Shown here: piece after piece, positions 23,031 to 37,043 of the stretch
Position numbering within the stretch: position 1 is the first letter of the stretch
Layout of the letters: every line of letters begins with the position of its first letter
Assembly: GCF_001194135.2 (NCBI RefSeq)
Contig: NC_068989.1
Coordinates: 52,031,357-52,095,356, forward strand
DNA: 64,000 bases
Source of the DNA: Octopus bimaculoides
Taxonomy: Eukaryota
Direction of reading: 5' to 3'
Program-made: the position numbers and the translations under genes
The notes under the pieces: generated by a model
The model's database searches: none
What the model was told of the DNA's origin: nothing
Seen by the model: only the letters and a program-made list of their open reading frames with translations

Positions 23031-24455
23031 CCTTATATATATACATATATATACATATACATATATATACACTGGCAGAGATACCCTGTGTTTCCAATAT
23101 CACATGGAATTGAAGAATGAGGCTTTCATTTTATATTTTCTGTAATGAACTGGAATATCTATGATTCGAATTTCATCAAAATTGGATATTAAGAATTTTA
23201 ATTAGGTACTTTCTTTCTTTACACACCTTAACAAAAATTCTAATCATGACATATTTCTTTCATACTACTCATCTTTGTGTCCAGATTCCAAAATCCAAAT
23301 CTTATAAAACCCATTCAAAGGTTTTTGCTGCTGAAAAATGGAGCAAATCAAGTACATGGTGTTCTAAAATTTCGGAATTAAGGCCCCTATTAGCGGGTGT
23401 TTTGAAGTCAACCAGAGAAGATGAGCTGTTGGAAATCTTTTTAACTTGTGTCTTATATCTATTGTTCAAATTTCTTTGAAATCGGAAATATATGAATCTT
23501 CAATGGTTTGTAAAAGAGAGGAAAGCTAGAGATAGCAAAAGACGAATGATCACAATAAGCAGTCAGTAATCCAACCCTAGTCGTTACCACTGCCCAATGA
23601 GGAATTCCTCGTTATACAGGTGACCGGCACAGCCATAATGTGCATTACGGATCTATAACAATTGGAAGAGCATGACCCAACTCAACTCGACATTAACAAC
23701 TGTGTGATGTGAGAGCTAAGTGGAAATGAAAGTGTCACCACTGGAGTTTGCCAATGATCACTATGCCCATAGCTAACCCAATAGAATAAATTTGCAATCT
23801 ATAAAACTATTAGAATGACTAATCACGTATCTGAAAAGGAATTGAAATCAATGTTACCATCTGGGGACTACCTCTAACCAAGTGATAATAAAAGGACTCA
23901 ATTGTGTTGCCATTATGACCAGAGGAATCTTTATAACCATATCCATGTATAATGCGTACACCTTCCCTTTCCTTATAACTGAAAGGTTGAGTGCCCCCTT
24001 AAGTTTTAAATCACTAGATAAGAAACAAATAAAATCAGGGACAGTTAAAATTCTACCTAAAATTAATTAATAGCCTGCTACCCTTGGCTATGTCAAGATG
24101 GTCTTATGTATTCTTCTTTCCCACTTAGATTTTAAATGTTGTCACAACAGTAATGTGTCCATTCTGCTGAAATTAAATTTTCAGTAAATTTTCTGTATTT
24201 TTGTGCAGCTGAAGATTGCACTGCATTTTACATTTAATGTAATGCTTGCATTACTTAAATAAATTAAGTAGCATGAAACGTGCGTACTGCATTAACCTTT
24301 AAAATACGTGTTGCTTTTATTGATTTTTGATCACCTTCTTTTTGGAATTGTTTGGATAATACCATACTATATTCTGGTGCCTAAACTTAAGTGCCACATT
24401 CAATTTCTAATCTCTCTCTCTCTCTCTCTCTCTNNNNNNNNNNNNNNNNNNNNNN

Positions 24456-24503
<48 letters not shown>

Positions 24504-25279
24504 CATATTTATATACACGCACGTATATGCTTCTATACTATAATGGAGAAATCTGCTTATTAATTAGGTATGCAATAATTGTTAGAAGCACTAAAAGAAA
24601 GAAATATTAAAAGTTTGACAGTCTGGAAATATTTTAATAAATTCATGTTCTAAGAAATTGCCTTTAAGTTCGATTTCTGAAGTTTATTTAATGCTTTGAA
24701 AATCCAAAAATTCTCGCAAATTGAAATATTTCTGGCATTCACTGCGTTCAATTCTTTATAAATTTAAATACTCATTGCATTCTCTGCGGAGTAGATTTAA
24801 ATGTTTAATACTATTAATTCGTTGCAGGCAACATTTTACGTTTTTATTTGCAAGTCTCTCATTCTTGCTTGCTTATATTTTCATTAATGATAATTTAATA
24901 ATAGCTATGTAACTTTGATACATGACATAAATTCAAGAATATTACCAGTTTCCGGAGTGTGTTAAATTAATATTTTTGATAAAATAAAAATTTCATTAAT
25001 ATACCGGTATGATTTTAAGTAATTTTGTGTTGAATGAATGCATGCTATTACACAAAATAACCGTACAATTTTGATACGAGGTACAATTTCAAGAATATTT
25101 TCAGTTTCTTTTCGGAGTTTGTTAAATGAATATTTTTGGTAAAATGAAAATTCTTTAACATACCAGTATAACATTTTTATTTTTAAATGAAGAAGTGATT
25201 TTGTTGTTATGGCTACTTGGAATGCTATAAGCGTTATAACAACAATATGTGATCGCTGCTATTTCTAGCATGCTAAACA

Positions 25280-25972
25280 AGATATACGGCTGAAAATGAA
25301 AATTTAGCAGCAAAGGCACAACAGCAGAGAGAAAGACGGGCAACTGGATCAGATTAAATCAGGGCAAAGCGACTGAAACAGGTGCCTGAATAAACACAGA
25401 GATATAGACATGATACTCTTTCCGTTATACATGAACGACTGATTAGGGTATCTCGCGAGGGAAATATTCCACTTCAAAATAATGGTGTCAGATCACAAAC
25501 TGTTGATGCAACACTGAAGCAATCTTTTCTTTGCGATCATGTGGAAGTAGTGGAGTTGACAACCAATCTAAGACTTCTTACAGAAGACCATTCTGATGAA
25601 AGAGAGTTTGCTAATTACCAACTTGATGTAGGAAATGGTAACGTTTCTGTTGAACAAAGCATAGATGAATTCAAAACCAAACTACCCAATTACCCATTCC
25701 TTGAAATTGGTACTCTTTCAGATCTATGTGATTTTGTATATACTGATCTCAAAAAAAAAAAAATACACTAAACCTGTGTGGCTTTCAAATAGAACCATCG
25801 TTACTCCAACAGATGAAGCAGCGCAATTTGTGAATGACTTTCTGTCGACCAGGACATGTTTATAGAGTTGTTTGCTTGATACTTCTTGTGTGCAGATTTT
25901 ACCCATAAAAAGAAATAACACTATGGGTCTGTAGGTCATAACATTCGGGTAACGCCGGGGTGTATTGCTAGT
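25280..25972 (+). mobile_element. Internally deleted Helitron: PIF1-like helicase remnant + 3' terminus
   Basis: 25484-25850 encodes RSQTVDATLKQSFLCDHVEVVELTTNLR..EFANYQLDVGNG..LCDFVYTDL, then after a frameshift WLSNRTIVTPTDEAAQFVN; hairpin tcgggtaacgccgg and CTAG (25968-25971) then T; 5' boundary uncertain. Confidence 0.8.
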
Positions 25973-27012
25973 ATACATAAATATCTTACTTGTTCCCATA
26001 CAATATTTCCCAGTCTATACATTTCTCCTACCCAGTCTGAAAATTAGCTATTGTGAGTAGATTAAGCTATTATATGACTGCAACACCATTACCATCTAAC
26101 AATTGGTTTAGTAAAGTACAGCAGCATTCGATCTTTGAGCCCGAAAATACCTAACGACGTGTTAATGTTTTGAATGCTGGCTGTTATATAACAGAAATGA
26201 AATTAATGTTTTGAATTCATAAGTAATAAATTTACCCGTTCAAGTTATTAAAAATCTGTTTCGGACATATCACACATTATGCCTGCTATAGAACGCCGAG
26301 ATTATTATTATGTCAAAGAATATGCGCATTCTTAATTTTGTGTTCGAAGGAAATAATTTGTGACATTCTCTTATGATATTGAAATATTTCTGTTAGATAT
26401 GGGGACTTTTCATGCTGAAGTTAAATTAACATTATAAATTAGACAGCTATGCGTAGAGGAAATTAATTTAAAGTGATTAATAACGTGCATCATTCTTCAA
26501 CCGTATGTACCTCCCTGCTCTAGGACCTGGGAATTTTCGCGAAAATATACACAGATGAGGATTTGGCCGTCTCTATATAATCTTATATATAATAGCTCTG
26601 TGGAAAAAAGGATCATTTCACTGCATGTGTTGCAATGTTTCTTCACGAGCATCTGACCTCACTTTATGAGATGTGATTTATTTCATATTCCCGGTATAGC
26701 TACAAGTATTCTTAGCAATACTTTTATTAATCAGTACATTATTATTGTACAATTCTGGGTACATTGGAAAAGCTGATCTATTAATCATGGACAGGATCTG
26801 CTTATTGTCTAGTCGACATTGACATGGAAATTTGGAGAAAAAAACAAACAAGTATCCTTCTTATTATCTTTTGTGAAACCCAACAGTGTGCTGTAGATCA
26901 ATGTATCTTTAAAGCCGCTGTCCTCAATAATATTGCTGTATTAAGGGATTATCTAACAATGATTTTTTCTATGGCTAACAAATTTGAAATAATTGAGGAG
27001 ACAGCCTGCAGA

Positions 27013-27086
27013 AGGTTTGTGAACGGAAAATATATACGTGAGACTATAATTATAGGCTCACGTATATATTTTCCGTTCACAAACTT
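27013..27086. repeat. 74-bp near-perfect palindrome/hairpin
   Basis: gtttgtgaacggaaaatatatacgtgag (27015-27042) pairs perfectly with 27057-27084; one A.G mismatch, then ctataa|ttatag at the centre. Confidence 0.95.
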
Positions 27087-28028
27087 ATAATCAGTTACTT
27101 CAAAAGGGCTTTTCAGAAACACTGTTGAGATCTGTTCTAACCTCAGGTATTTAATTAATGTGCGCTAAATATCTTGAATAATTTGAAGGCCAGCAGATAC
27201 AGAGTGTGTAAAATAAATTTCTTATGATTTGTATCGAGTGACCATTAATGTGCATGAAGATAGCCTACACATCATTTTGGCACGGATCGAAGCTATCAGG
27301 AAAGATACTTCTTTTCAAGAAGTCTAATATATATATAATCGTCTGTGCTGCCAGAGGATTCATTTCATAGATTTAAGGAAATATCTCCGTTTAATCTCAT
27401 AATCCAAATTGAGCTCTTGTCAAATAAGAGCGTCTTTCTGGCGTGGAATATAATTTTGAACTCTTTGTCGGTTATGAAGTTTATATACGAGGCATTGCTA
27501 GAGATTTATGGCGTACCACCTTAGATAACGATGAATAATTTAACAACAAAAACGAATAAATTAATGCGTATGTGTCATGATCACCGATCTCATCTCTTAC
27601 AATATTAAACAAAGAAATTATTTCGTGGGAGTTATTACATTGGTGGGAGTTATTCCATTAATAAAATTAGTATGCTTCTCAGGTTATCTCTAATAACCAT
27701 ACTCTATGATTCTACCAATCTCAGGCTCAGAAAAATGTGTTAATCTAATTAAGAACTGAGGCAACGCTCGTTCTATTTCATGCAGGTTTTATTTTTAGTT
27801 TGTATCTCTACAGTACCATGATCGCCTAAAATTATAAGAATTTGCTTAGATTCTGTATTTATGTTCGTATAAATCCGGGAGTTTTCCATTAATTTGTGGT
27901 GAGTTTGTTATCAAGTAGCTAGCTATATTCACCTCGTACGCGATATTCTTTAAATTTAATTTGTGTATGTGTGTGACAGAGACAGAGTGTACCTCTTCTG
28001 TGTGTGTGTGTGTGTGTGCGTGTGTGTG

Positions 28029-28087
<59 letters not shown>

Positions 28088-29879
28088 TAATATCATTGAT
28101 TTAAATCACTGTGTTGAGAAATTTTATTTAGCATAGCTTCGGTCATTTTACTGATTTGCTTATTTTAAAGAAACGTGTGTTTCAATGTAAAACATAAGTG
28201 TATTGAAGTAAAGTTGTAACATCTATACTGAAAGGTATCCCAGATAATAATCTAAAAATGTGCGTGTCACATCAAGTCTGATAATAAGTTTCATGATTAA
28301 ACTTCAATGCATCATTACAGTCAGTAATTAGTGCAATATTTCGCGAGTATATATAGATTTGATATAATCTAAAGACTGAATATTTGTAATTCGATGCATA
28401 AATTCCAGTTAAATGAAAGGTGACGTACCAAAAATTGGATTAATATTTCCTCTCGAAATATGTGTCCTTAATTATATAGCCGTCTCCAATTATATGATAT
28501 TAAACTCACAACCTCAAAGGGAAATGTTCCTCGGACTAAGTGTCGTATCCTGATCAGCCGCGCTACTAGTTTGAGTGTCGTATCCTAGTCATCTACGCTG
28601 ATATGAGATTTTTACTATTGATAAAAACAGAACTGTGCCGTCGTTTACGATGTTAAATATAGAGAAATACAAATATTGACTAAGTATACCAATTTCTAAC
28701 ATCTAAAACGAAAATATATATAATCAATAGAGCTGACAATACAAGGAATACATCGTCCCTGGACCTGCTACATTTATCAACCAATTCTGCTCACTGTCTT
28801 CCGAAAATGGCACGTTGGTCCTAATACGTCAGGATAAAAATATTGTATGATCATTATTTTGAGAATTTTAATCTCTTCGGTCATAAGTCAAGGAAAATCA
28901 AGAACTAAACTAGAATAACAATTTAAACACTTAGACATGTCTGTTTATATTATCAAACACTCAGGATATAACTTTAAATTTATAGGAATTAATGAAAGAC
29001 TAATGAAGTATATTATCATACTTGATTGATAATATCATGATCCTAAGTACACTCACAGACGTTTTGGCTCTGAAGCCCCCAAACAAAATTATACAGTTTG
29101 ATGACTCCACTAAAACTATCTATTCAATTGCTTCCATCTCAGAAAATGGTTTGTAGTACATTATGTAATTGGTGTGTGGCCAAGTGACATCTCAACTTGT
29201 AATGTTATAGCAGTCAGTAATTCTTGTGAATTAGGCCTTGACATATTGAAGACTGTTAACTTACGGTCCAAGCTCGTTACAAAATATTTCTTTAGATGAA
29301 GGCTGTTACAATGGGCGAATATAAATTTTCTGAGGTTCAAAACATTTTGGATTTCGTTTTATGTTTTTCATTCATCAATCACCAGGCCATTTTTGTATAT
29401 TCCTTATGCTTCATCTAGTGGCTTTTTATTAGCTTTGCTACTCCTTGACACAAAAATGTTTGATTTACATACGATAAACTCGAAAGCACTGATATATCTT
29501 TAGGATCATCACAGATTTTCCATGTGAGTTCCTTGTATCTTATAAGTTATTGTATGTCTTCATAAGTCCCATTTGAGCCAGTGGCATGGGAAACATATAT
29601 TGCGAAATTTTGTTGTGGGTATTGCTAATCGAAACTCAATATATATCTGTGGGCTGAGAGACGCGAAAATTGCTCCAATAGTGGGCAACTGAATGTTTGA
29701 CGATTTGTCTCCTCTTGTATGTATACAAACATTCACGGTTATTGCGTATAATCACGTGGCTGCATAAGACGGCTGGATTTCTATTCAGAGAAGCAGAAGA
29801 AATACAGAGAGACCTTTAATATATTTAATGACTCTGTCAATGAATATATATTCACTACAATTAATTACCAGGTTATGTT

Positions 29880-30350
29880 GTCCTATGTAGAGCAATATGG
29901 AAGACCGAACCATACAAAAGATCTAAAATAAATGAGTCTAACTGGATATACACAACAATCCCATACACGAACGCAGACAAATGAATTCACAACTATATCG
30001 ACATATAATTAACACAAAATTTTGCCTGAAATATAGCAATAAATAAATTTAATAGCCGATAAGACATACAAATCCTCATTTCTGAACGCACACTTCACAC
30101 TGACGGAAGTTGAATTTCAAATAGATGTCAATAACTCACGACATATATATATGGAGTTGAATGTTAGTTATCAAGCTAAAAAAAAGTGCATGAACAGGCA
30201 GAGACATAACATTTTACAAATCCAAAAAGTATAATCTATAATACAATGCGTCTTGATGAAATACACGAAGAGACGTATTAGATAAATATAAGAGAATGTC
30301 CTAACACACAGAACCAAAGAATCATTCTATGCACATTACCAAAAGTTACT
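29880..30350 (+). mobile_element. Possible very decayed Penelope-like RT remnant
   Basis: A-rich strand with faint motifs (NEF..N.H, SFLN..FTL, FQIDV, NPKSIIY); many stops. Confidence 0.25.
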
Positions 30351-31510
30351 CAACCGAAAAATACATTTTACATGATGAAACACTCCTTCTTATATAATTA
30401 TACATTTAATTAATTTCACAGTTAAATTTAGGTACATTAACAAACAAGTCATTAAAATTTCTAAATCATGAGGCAAACAATTTATTCACTTACTGAAACA
30501 CCTTGCAATGACAATAATATTTAAAAACACAATAATAAGATTATAACATGTTAAAACAAATTTTCCAAATGAATGTACAAATACGAAACTGAACAAAATC
30601 ATAAAAACAGATTTTAATAATTTAAGTAAGAAATTAAAGACAAAAATTTTAAAAATCACGGCTTTCCAGTAATAAAATACACAAGTTGAATTTCATATCA
30701 TAAACTTTTTTCAAACTATTAGAAATGTGTGATGGTAAAATAAGTAAATAAATAAATAAAGCAAGAAATTATCAAAAGGCAATGCAAACAATGATCTAGC
30801 ATAAGCATGAAATTATGTCTTTATCACAAATATAAACATAACACCGACATAGAATTTAGCAACCCATGCACAAAGGTCGAAATAGTAGAACATACAGGTC
30901 GCAAGAAAAAAGTGAGATTATATNNNNNNNNNNNNNNNNNNNNNNNNNNNNNNNNNNNNNNNNNNNNNNNNNNNNNNNNNNNNNNNNNNNNNNNNNNNNN
31001 NNNNNNNNNNNNNNNNNNNNNNNNNNNNNNNNNNNNNNNNNNNNNNNNNNNNNNNNNNNNNNNNNNNNNNNNNNNNNNNNNNNNNNNNNNNNNNNNNNNN
31101 NNNNNNNNNNNNNNNNNNNNNNNNNNNNNNNNNNNNNNNNNNNNNNNNNNNNNNNNNNNNNNNNNNNNNNNNNNNNNNNNNNNNNNNNNNNNNNNNNNNN
31201 NNNNNNNNNNNNNNNNNNNNNNNNNNNNNNNNNNNNNNNNNNNNNNNNNNNNNNNNNNNNNNNNNNNNNNNNNNNNNNNNNNNNNNNNNNNNNNNNNNNN
31301 NNNNNNNNNNNNNNNNNNNNNNNNNNNNNNNNNNNNNNNNNNNNNNNNNNNNNNNNNNNNNNNNNNNNNNNNNNNNNNNNNNNNNNNNNNNNNNNNNNNN
31401 NNNNNNNNNNNNNNNNNNNNNNNNNNNNNNNNNNNNNNNNNNNNNNNNNNNNNNNNNNNNNNNNNNNNNNNNNNNNNNNNNNNNNNNNNNNNNNNNNNNN
31501 NNNNNNNNNN

Positions 31511-31547
<37 letters not shown>

Positions 31548-33172
31548 CATACATACACACATATAAGTAAATATATGAATATAAATATATATGTATGTGA
31601 GTGTGTGCACGTGTACATCTTTGTGCTGACGGAAATAGTTAAATGTATTGATATTCATATGTGCACACATCCTTATACATACATACATAGATATATCAGT
31701 AGACAGAGAGAATAAATAATGCCACACATGTTGTTATATAGTTTCAATCTACGAGTTCATTTTTATCATGTGAAATATGTGATTATGCATATCATACGTG
31801 TGCTATATGTCTCTTATGCATTACCAAACGTGTCACAACCGGTCCCCATGTATTTGTGTGTATTTGTTTGTGTTTAGCGATATATACAAATATATTTGGA
31901 GAATCCGAGAATTGTTTTTGTATAGGTTATATCGTTAATATTATATTCTGCAATTTACATACTTATATTTTCTGCAATGGCATGAATTCTCGATAGGCGG
32001 TATCAAAACGTATGTCCTGTTAAACATAATAAGCAATTGGGATATGAATATGCAATAGGTGTATAAATGTCTGTGTGTATATGTGAATAGATTGTGTGTA
32101 TGCGAACACATTTCCAAACATAAACACTTATGCTGCAACAGTTCCTGAAGAGAAATGGAAAGATAACAATGTGGGTGATGCCTATTTGAAACTATTTACT
32201 TCCGATAAAATCTAGAGTTTTCTAATAAAAGAATCCCTCATCAACTTAGCTAGAGATCGTTCGTTGATATGATATTCAAGTAGTAATTCCCTTAGTTCTT
32301 TCCTGCAGGAAATCCATTGGAATCGTTTCAGCCTGGCGCCGCATAGTTTGTAATTATGTTCGGTTTACTTAACCATGTCAAAGCACACTTCAGTACAGTG
32401 ACAGGTGATACTTTCTCATAGAAGATTATTTACAATACATTTTAGAAATTGCTTATATGTTATTCTATCCATGTTAACCACAGCAAATGCGACATCCTTG
32501 TCACAACTACAACTCGTAATGTTCTTGATTGTGCTAAGAGCACTGCCAATCATTTAAAAGAGTAATTTGTCTGACAAACCGCAACGCCAGGATTTTATTG
32601 TCTTTTATTGATGAATCGAGAAATAGCCGTAAATATTTATAAACATATCCAGTAATTAGAACAGTTCTTCTAAAAAAAGCTTTCATTGTAGAGTTGATTC
32701 ACAAGCATATAATATTGCATCACAAACATTAAAATCACTAGATACATTTGCATCACATTCCTTTCATATTTATATATAAGTATATTTAAAAGCCTGAACT
32801 GCCCGTATAGCTCATATTTTAATTAAATTCAACAGCTGTTTCATTAAGACAGTCAGAATTAAATATATAACATAAAATGGCACGTCAGTTTAAGAAAAGA
32901 ATTACTTAAATAAGTTTTTACTCTAACCCTAATGGATGTTGAATTATGATAATGAAAACATTGTGTGTTTTAATACATCGAGGTAGTGAGAGATAGATAA
33001 AGAGAGAAAAGGAAGAAGATGAAGAAGAAAAAAGAAGATGAAGAAAATGAAAAAAATCGAAATATATCAACGAGTATATATACAGACATTTACGTATACA
33101 CAAACACACACACATGTATATAGATGTATATGTACATACATGCATACAAAATATACATACATACACACACAT

Positions 33173-33227
<55 letters not shown>

Positions 33228-33438
33228 NNNNNNNNNNNNNNNNNNNNNNNNNNNNNNNNNNNNNNNNNNNNNNNNNNNNNNNNNNNNNNNNNNNNNNNNN
33301 NNNNNNNNNNNNNNNNNNNNNNNNNNNNNNNNNNNNNNNNNNNNNNNNNNNNNNNNNNNNNNNNNNNNNNNNNNNNNNNNNNNNNNNNNNNNNNNNNNNN
33401 NNNNNNNNNNNNNNNNNNNNNNNNNNNNNNNNNNNNNN

Positions 33439-33487
<49 letters not shown>

Positions 33488-34384
33488 CGCTCAGAGCCAT
33501 GCTAATATATGTGTGTATGTGTGTCTATACACATTCTCACAAACACGGACCAGTAGCCAAACACAGGCTTATATATTGATGCGAGTCGAAAGTTTTGCAA
33601 TGTATTTGTGGCAAATATATCACGTGACTTAAGAATCTCAAACCGTGGAAAGTACTCGCTATCGTTAGTCGTATCGTGGAATCTGCTGCGTTCAAACTTT
33701 TTACATTGCCGTTTTGATAAAAAAATATTGCGCTATCAGACTTCAGAGATTCTCTCATATAGGTCGTAGTAGACGAGACCCTACTACAGAGAATCTCTTA
33801 AAATTAATAATCTAGCATTCCGTGTTCTAACAAAGTATCCATGTTACGTTGAATATAGTTATAAGCATTTGGTCGCTAATATATAATTTTGAATAAGATT
33901 GCTGGCTACTTGTGACTTTAATTTTTGAAAAGTTGCTGAAATTATATGTATCACAGCAGCGAGATTTTACTGGCATATGGTGAGGGGTGCTTCACACTGA
34001 GAAGGCCCACTAAACCGAAATCCTGTGATATAGGAAATATGACGCCCATGACGGACGATTCTCCTCTGCTACGATTTATATGTGTGCGTTTATAAATTAA
34101 GCCCCGATTTGAGAGGATCTCTCAAAGCTGCCTACACTATATTCAGTGTTCTAACAATGCTTCCTTCTTATATTTGATATAAAGATAAGCATATATGAGT
34201 GCATAAAAGTGTGTGCGTTTGTATTTGTTTATATAGTTATTTATACGTGGGGTGTGGATTTACGGACACTGACACAGATACGAAACAGCTATCAACAAAT
34301 AAAATAATCTCTCTTTCTATTTCGTAAACATATTCTGTTAATTGAAATATACATCCCACTATTGACATTCCTGGATATTTGGAT

Positions 34385-34488
34385 AAATATATAGATAAAT
34401 AGACAGACAGACATAGAGACAGACAGAGAGACAGGCAGACAGAGAGAGACAGACAGACATACAGACAGACAGACAGATACATAGATAC
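34385..34488. repeat. (GACA/GATA)n compound microsatellite at the LINE 3' end
   Basis: Direct inspection. Confidence 0.9.
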
Positions 34489-35855
34489 ATTTCTTTTATT
34501 AGCCACACAGGGCTCAACGAAGATGGGACAAATACAATGTAGAGCTTTTCTTTTTGGGAGGGGGAAGGAAGGAAAAAAAAAAAAAAAATTGGTGGTGTCG
34601 ATCAAAAGGGATCGTAGGAAGGGAAAAAGGGGCAGTTCGATCAAAAGGGATCGAAAAAAAAAGAAAAGGAAAGGCCGATCAATAGGGATCGTGTATCACA
34701 CAGTAATGTTCTCGTGTAAAAAGAGGGGAGGACAGTTTAGGTTTAGCNNNNNNNNNNNNNNNNNNNNNNNNNNNNNNNNNNNNNNNNNNNNNNNNNNNNN
34801 NNNNNNNNNNNNNNNNNNNNNNNNNNNNNNNNNNNNNNNNNNNNNNNNNNNNNNNNNNNNNNNNNNNNNNNNNNNNNNNNNNNNNNNNNNNNNNNNNNNN
34901 NNNNNNNNNNNNNNNNNNNNNNNNNNNNNNNNNNNNNNNNNNNNNNNNNNNNNNNNNNNNNNNNNNNNNNNNNNNNNNNNNNNNNNNNNNNNNNNNNNNN
35001 NNNNNNNNNNNNNNNNNNNNNNNNNNNNNNNNNNNNNNNNNNNNNNNNNNNNNNNNNNNNNNNNNNNNNNNNNNNNNNNNNNNNNNNNNNNNNNNNNNNN
35101 NNNNNNNNNNNNNNNNNNNNNNNNNNNNNNNNNNNNNNNNNNNNNNNNNNNNNNNNNNNNNNNNNNNNNNNNNNNNNNNNNNNNNNNNNNNNNNNNNNNN
35201 NNNNNNNNNNNNNNNNNNNNNNNNNNNNNNNNNNNNNNNNNNNNNNNNNNNNNNNNNNNNNNNNNNNNNNNNNNNNNNNNNNNNNNNNNNNNNNNNNNNN
35301 NNNNNNNNNNNNNNNNNNNNNNNNNNNNNNNNNNNNNNNNNNNNNNNNNNNNNNNNNNNNNNNNNNNNNNNNNNNNNNNNNNNNNNNNNNNNNNNNNNNN
35401 NNNNNNNNNNNNNNNNNNNNNNNNNNNNNNNNNNNNNNNNNNNNNNNNNNNNNNNNNNNNNNNNNNNNNNNNNNNNNNNNNNNNNNNNNNNNNNNNNNNN
35501 NNNNNNNNNNNNNNNNNNNNNNNNNNNNNNNNNNNNNNNNNNNNNNNNNNNNNNNNNNNNNNNNNNNNNNNNNNNNNNNNNNNNNNNNNNNNNNNNTTTA
35601 ACGGGTGTTGGCAGCAAACGGATCGCCTAACCATCGGAACGCTTCCTTTCCACAAGAAGCGGAAGAGGATGCGCTCCAGTTTGGTGATGGTAGGGACAGG
35701 ACAAGGAACGACGGTCAGGCGGTAGTAGATGACGGACGCGATGTACGTGTTCGCCACCTCCGCCCGACCTTTCAGGGAAAGCTTCCTCTCGGCCCATTGC
35801 CGGGCTAGAGTGGCCACCCTTCTCGTTATCTCGTCCCAGTTCTTCTCCGTAGACT
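34489..35855 (-). mobile_element. Second Tx1/L1-clade LINE copy (5'-truncated, interrupted by an assembly gap)
   Basis: EKNWDEITRRVATLARQWAERKLSLKGRAEVANTYIASVIYYRLTVVPCP..LERILFRFLWKG..CCQHPL, homologous to the 20305-21357 copy; pyrimidine-rich 3' UTR ending ggctaataaaagaaat; gap 34748-35596, so linkage across it is inferred. Confidence 0.85.

Positions 35856-35917
<62 letters not shown>
35856..35917. repeat. (GATA)n microsatellite at the LINE 5' junction
   Basis: Direct inspection. Confidence 0.97.
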
Positions 35918-36009
35918 ATATGTGTACGTCACAATGAAAATGTAAATAAATACGTTTATAAGTGCTAAACCCAAAACTGATAGACCTCGTAAAACTTCTG
36001 CAAGACAGG

Positions 36010-36222
36010 ATCGTATTATGGTTAGAACGACACTGTTGGCGGTAAAATATGTAGCAGTTGAACACTAAGGTCAACTTTGCCTTTCATATTTTTAGGGTAG
36101 GTAGATCTAAGTACCAGTTAAGCATTGGAGCCAATGTAATACACACACCGCCATCGCGCCGGACAAAATGCTTAGCGGCATTTCGTACGACTTTACGATC
36201 TGAGTTTAAATTTCGCAGAATA
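36010..36222 (+). mobile_element. Two tandem decayed SINE family b pieces
   Basis: aaggtcaactttgcctttcat...taagtaccagtt (core) followed by gccggacaaaatgcttagcggcatttcgt..tctgagtttaaatttcgc (head). Confidence 0.65.
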
Positions 36223-36359
36223 GCAAATATTCAATACCGGATCAGCAAGATAATTTTAAATGGAACTAAATCAGAATTGAAAAGAGTTCCATGTCGTTAG
36301 TATATAATAAAATACTACGAGAATCTCCATTTAATAATACATTTCCTTACTAGAGTTTA

Positions 36360-37043
36360 GGAGCAACAACAACGAAAGCAGTATCTCTTACCTCGGATGG
36401 CCATGGCCATATGGCTGCTCATCATGTCACTTCCAGCTAAACACAGTCATTTCATTTCTCGTTTAGTGTAACCGTTCTCATGGCAAAAGAACAAATTTAT
36501 CCATCAGCATCATTGTCACCAGTCATCTGTACGGCTGCAACTATCGATACTACTACTACAAACTCCATAATCAAGAATCTTGCCCAATAACATGCCTACT
36601 ACATATCCCTAACAAGCAATCTACTCACACCCACCATAGAGAAGCTTTCTGCGTATGTATCAACCACTACCTACATCTCAGTACACGAAGTGCTCCTTAT
36701 ATTGTCATTAAACATCACCGATGACAATTGCTTCAAACGACTGAAAGAAACAGCTACTTTAGCGACGACAGTCATGTTAAATGCTCAGGAAACAGTCCAT
36801 CTATAAATGCAAAAGAATGGAAGATTACTTTTCTTCAGTGCAGGATCGCCGGGCAGTGAAATCTACCAATATTCATCACGCTACGCGAGATTCAGTTCAA
36901 AAATATCCAATCAGAAAATGGCTATCACGTCTGAAAGCGTTGCTATTTTCTTCCAGATTTCCCTCTCCGCAAATGTAAATGACGTGGTTCCACTTGATAG
37001 TGGGTCAGTGTCCACATCATATACAACAAAGTCAATAGTTTAA
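36360..37043 (+). pseudogene. Decayed Ser/Thr-rich reading frame of unknown origin
   Basis: 228 codons in one frame with only three internal stops (all TAA), starting at a possible acceptor agtttag|. Confidence 0.35.

Noticed and set aside
26824-27090. 88-aa ORF MEIWRKKQ...
   Set aside because: No motif, and it spans the palindrome, which better explains the sequence
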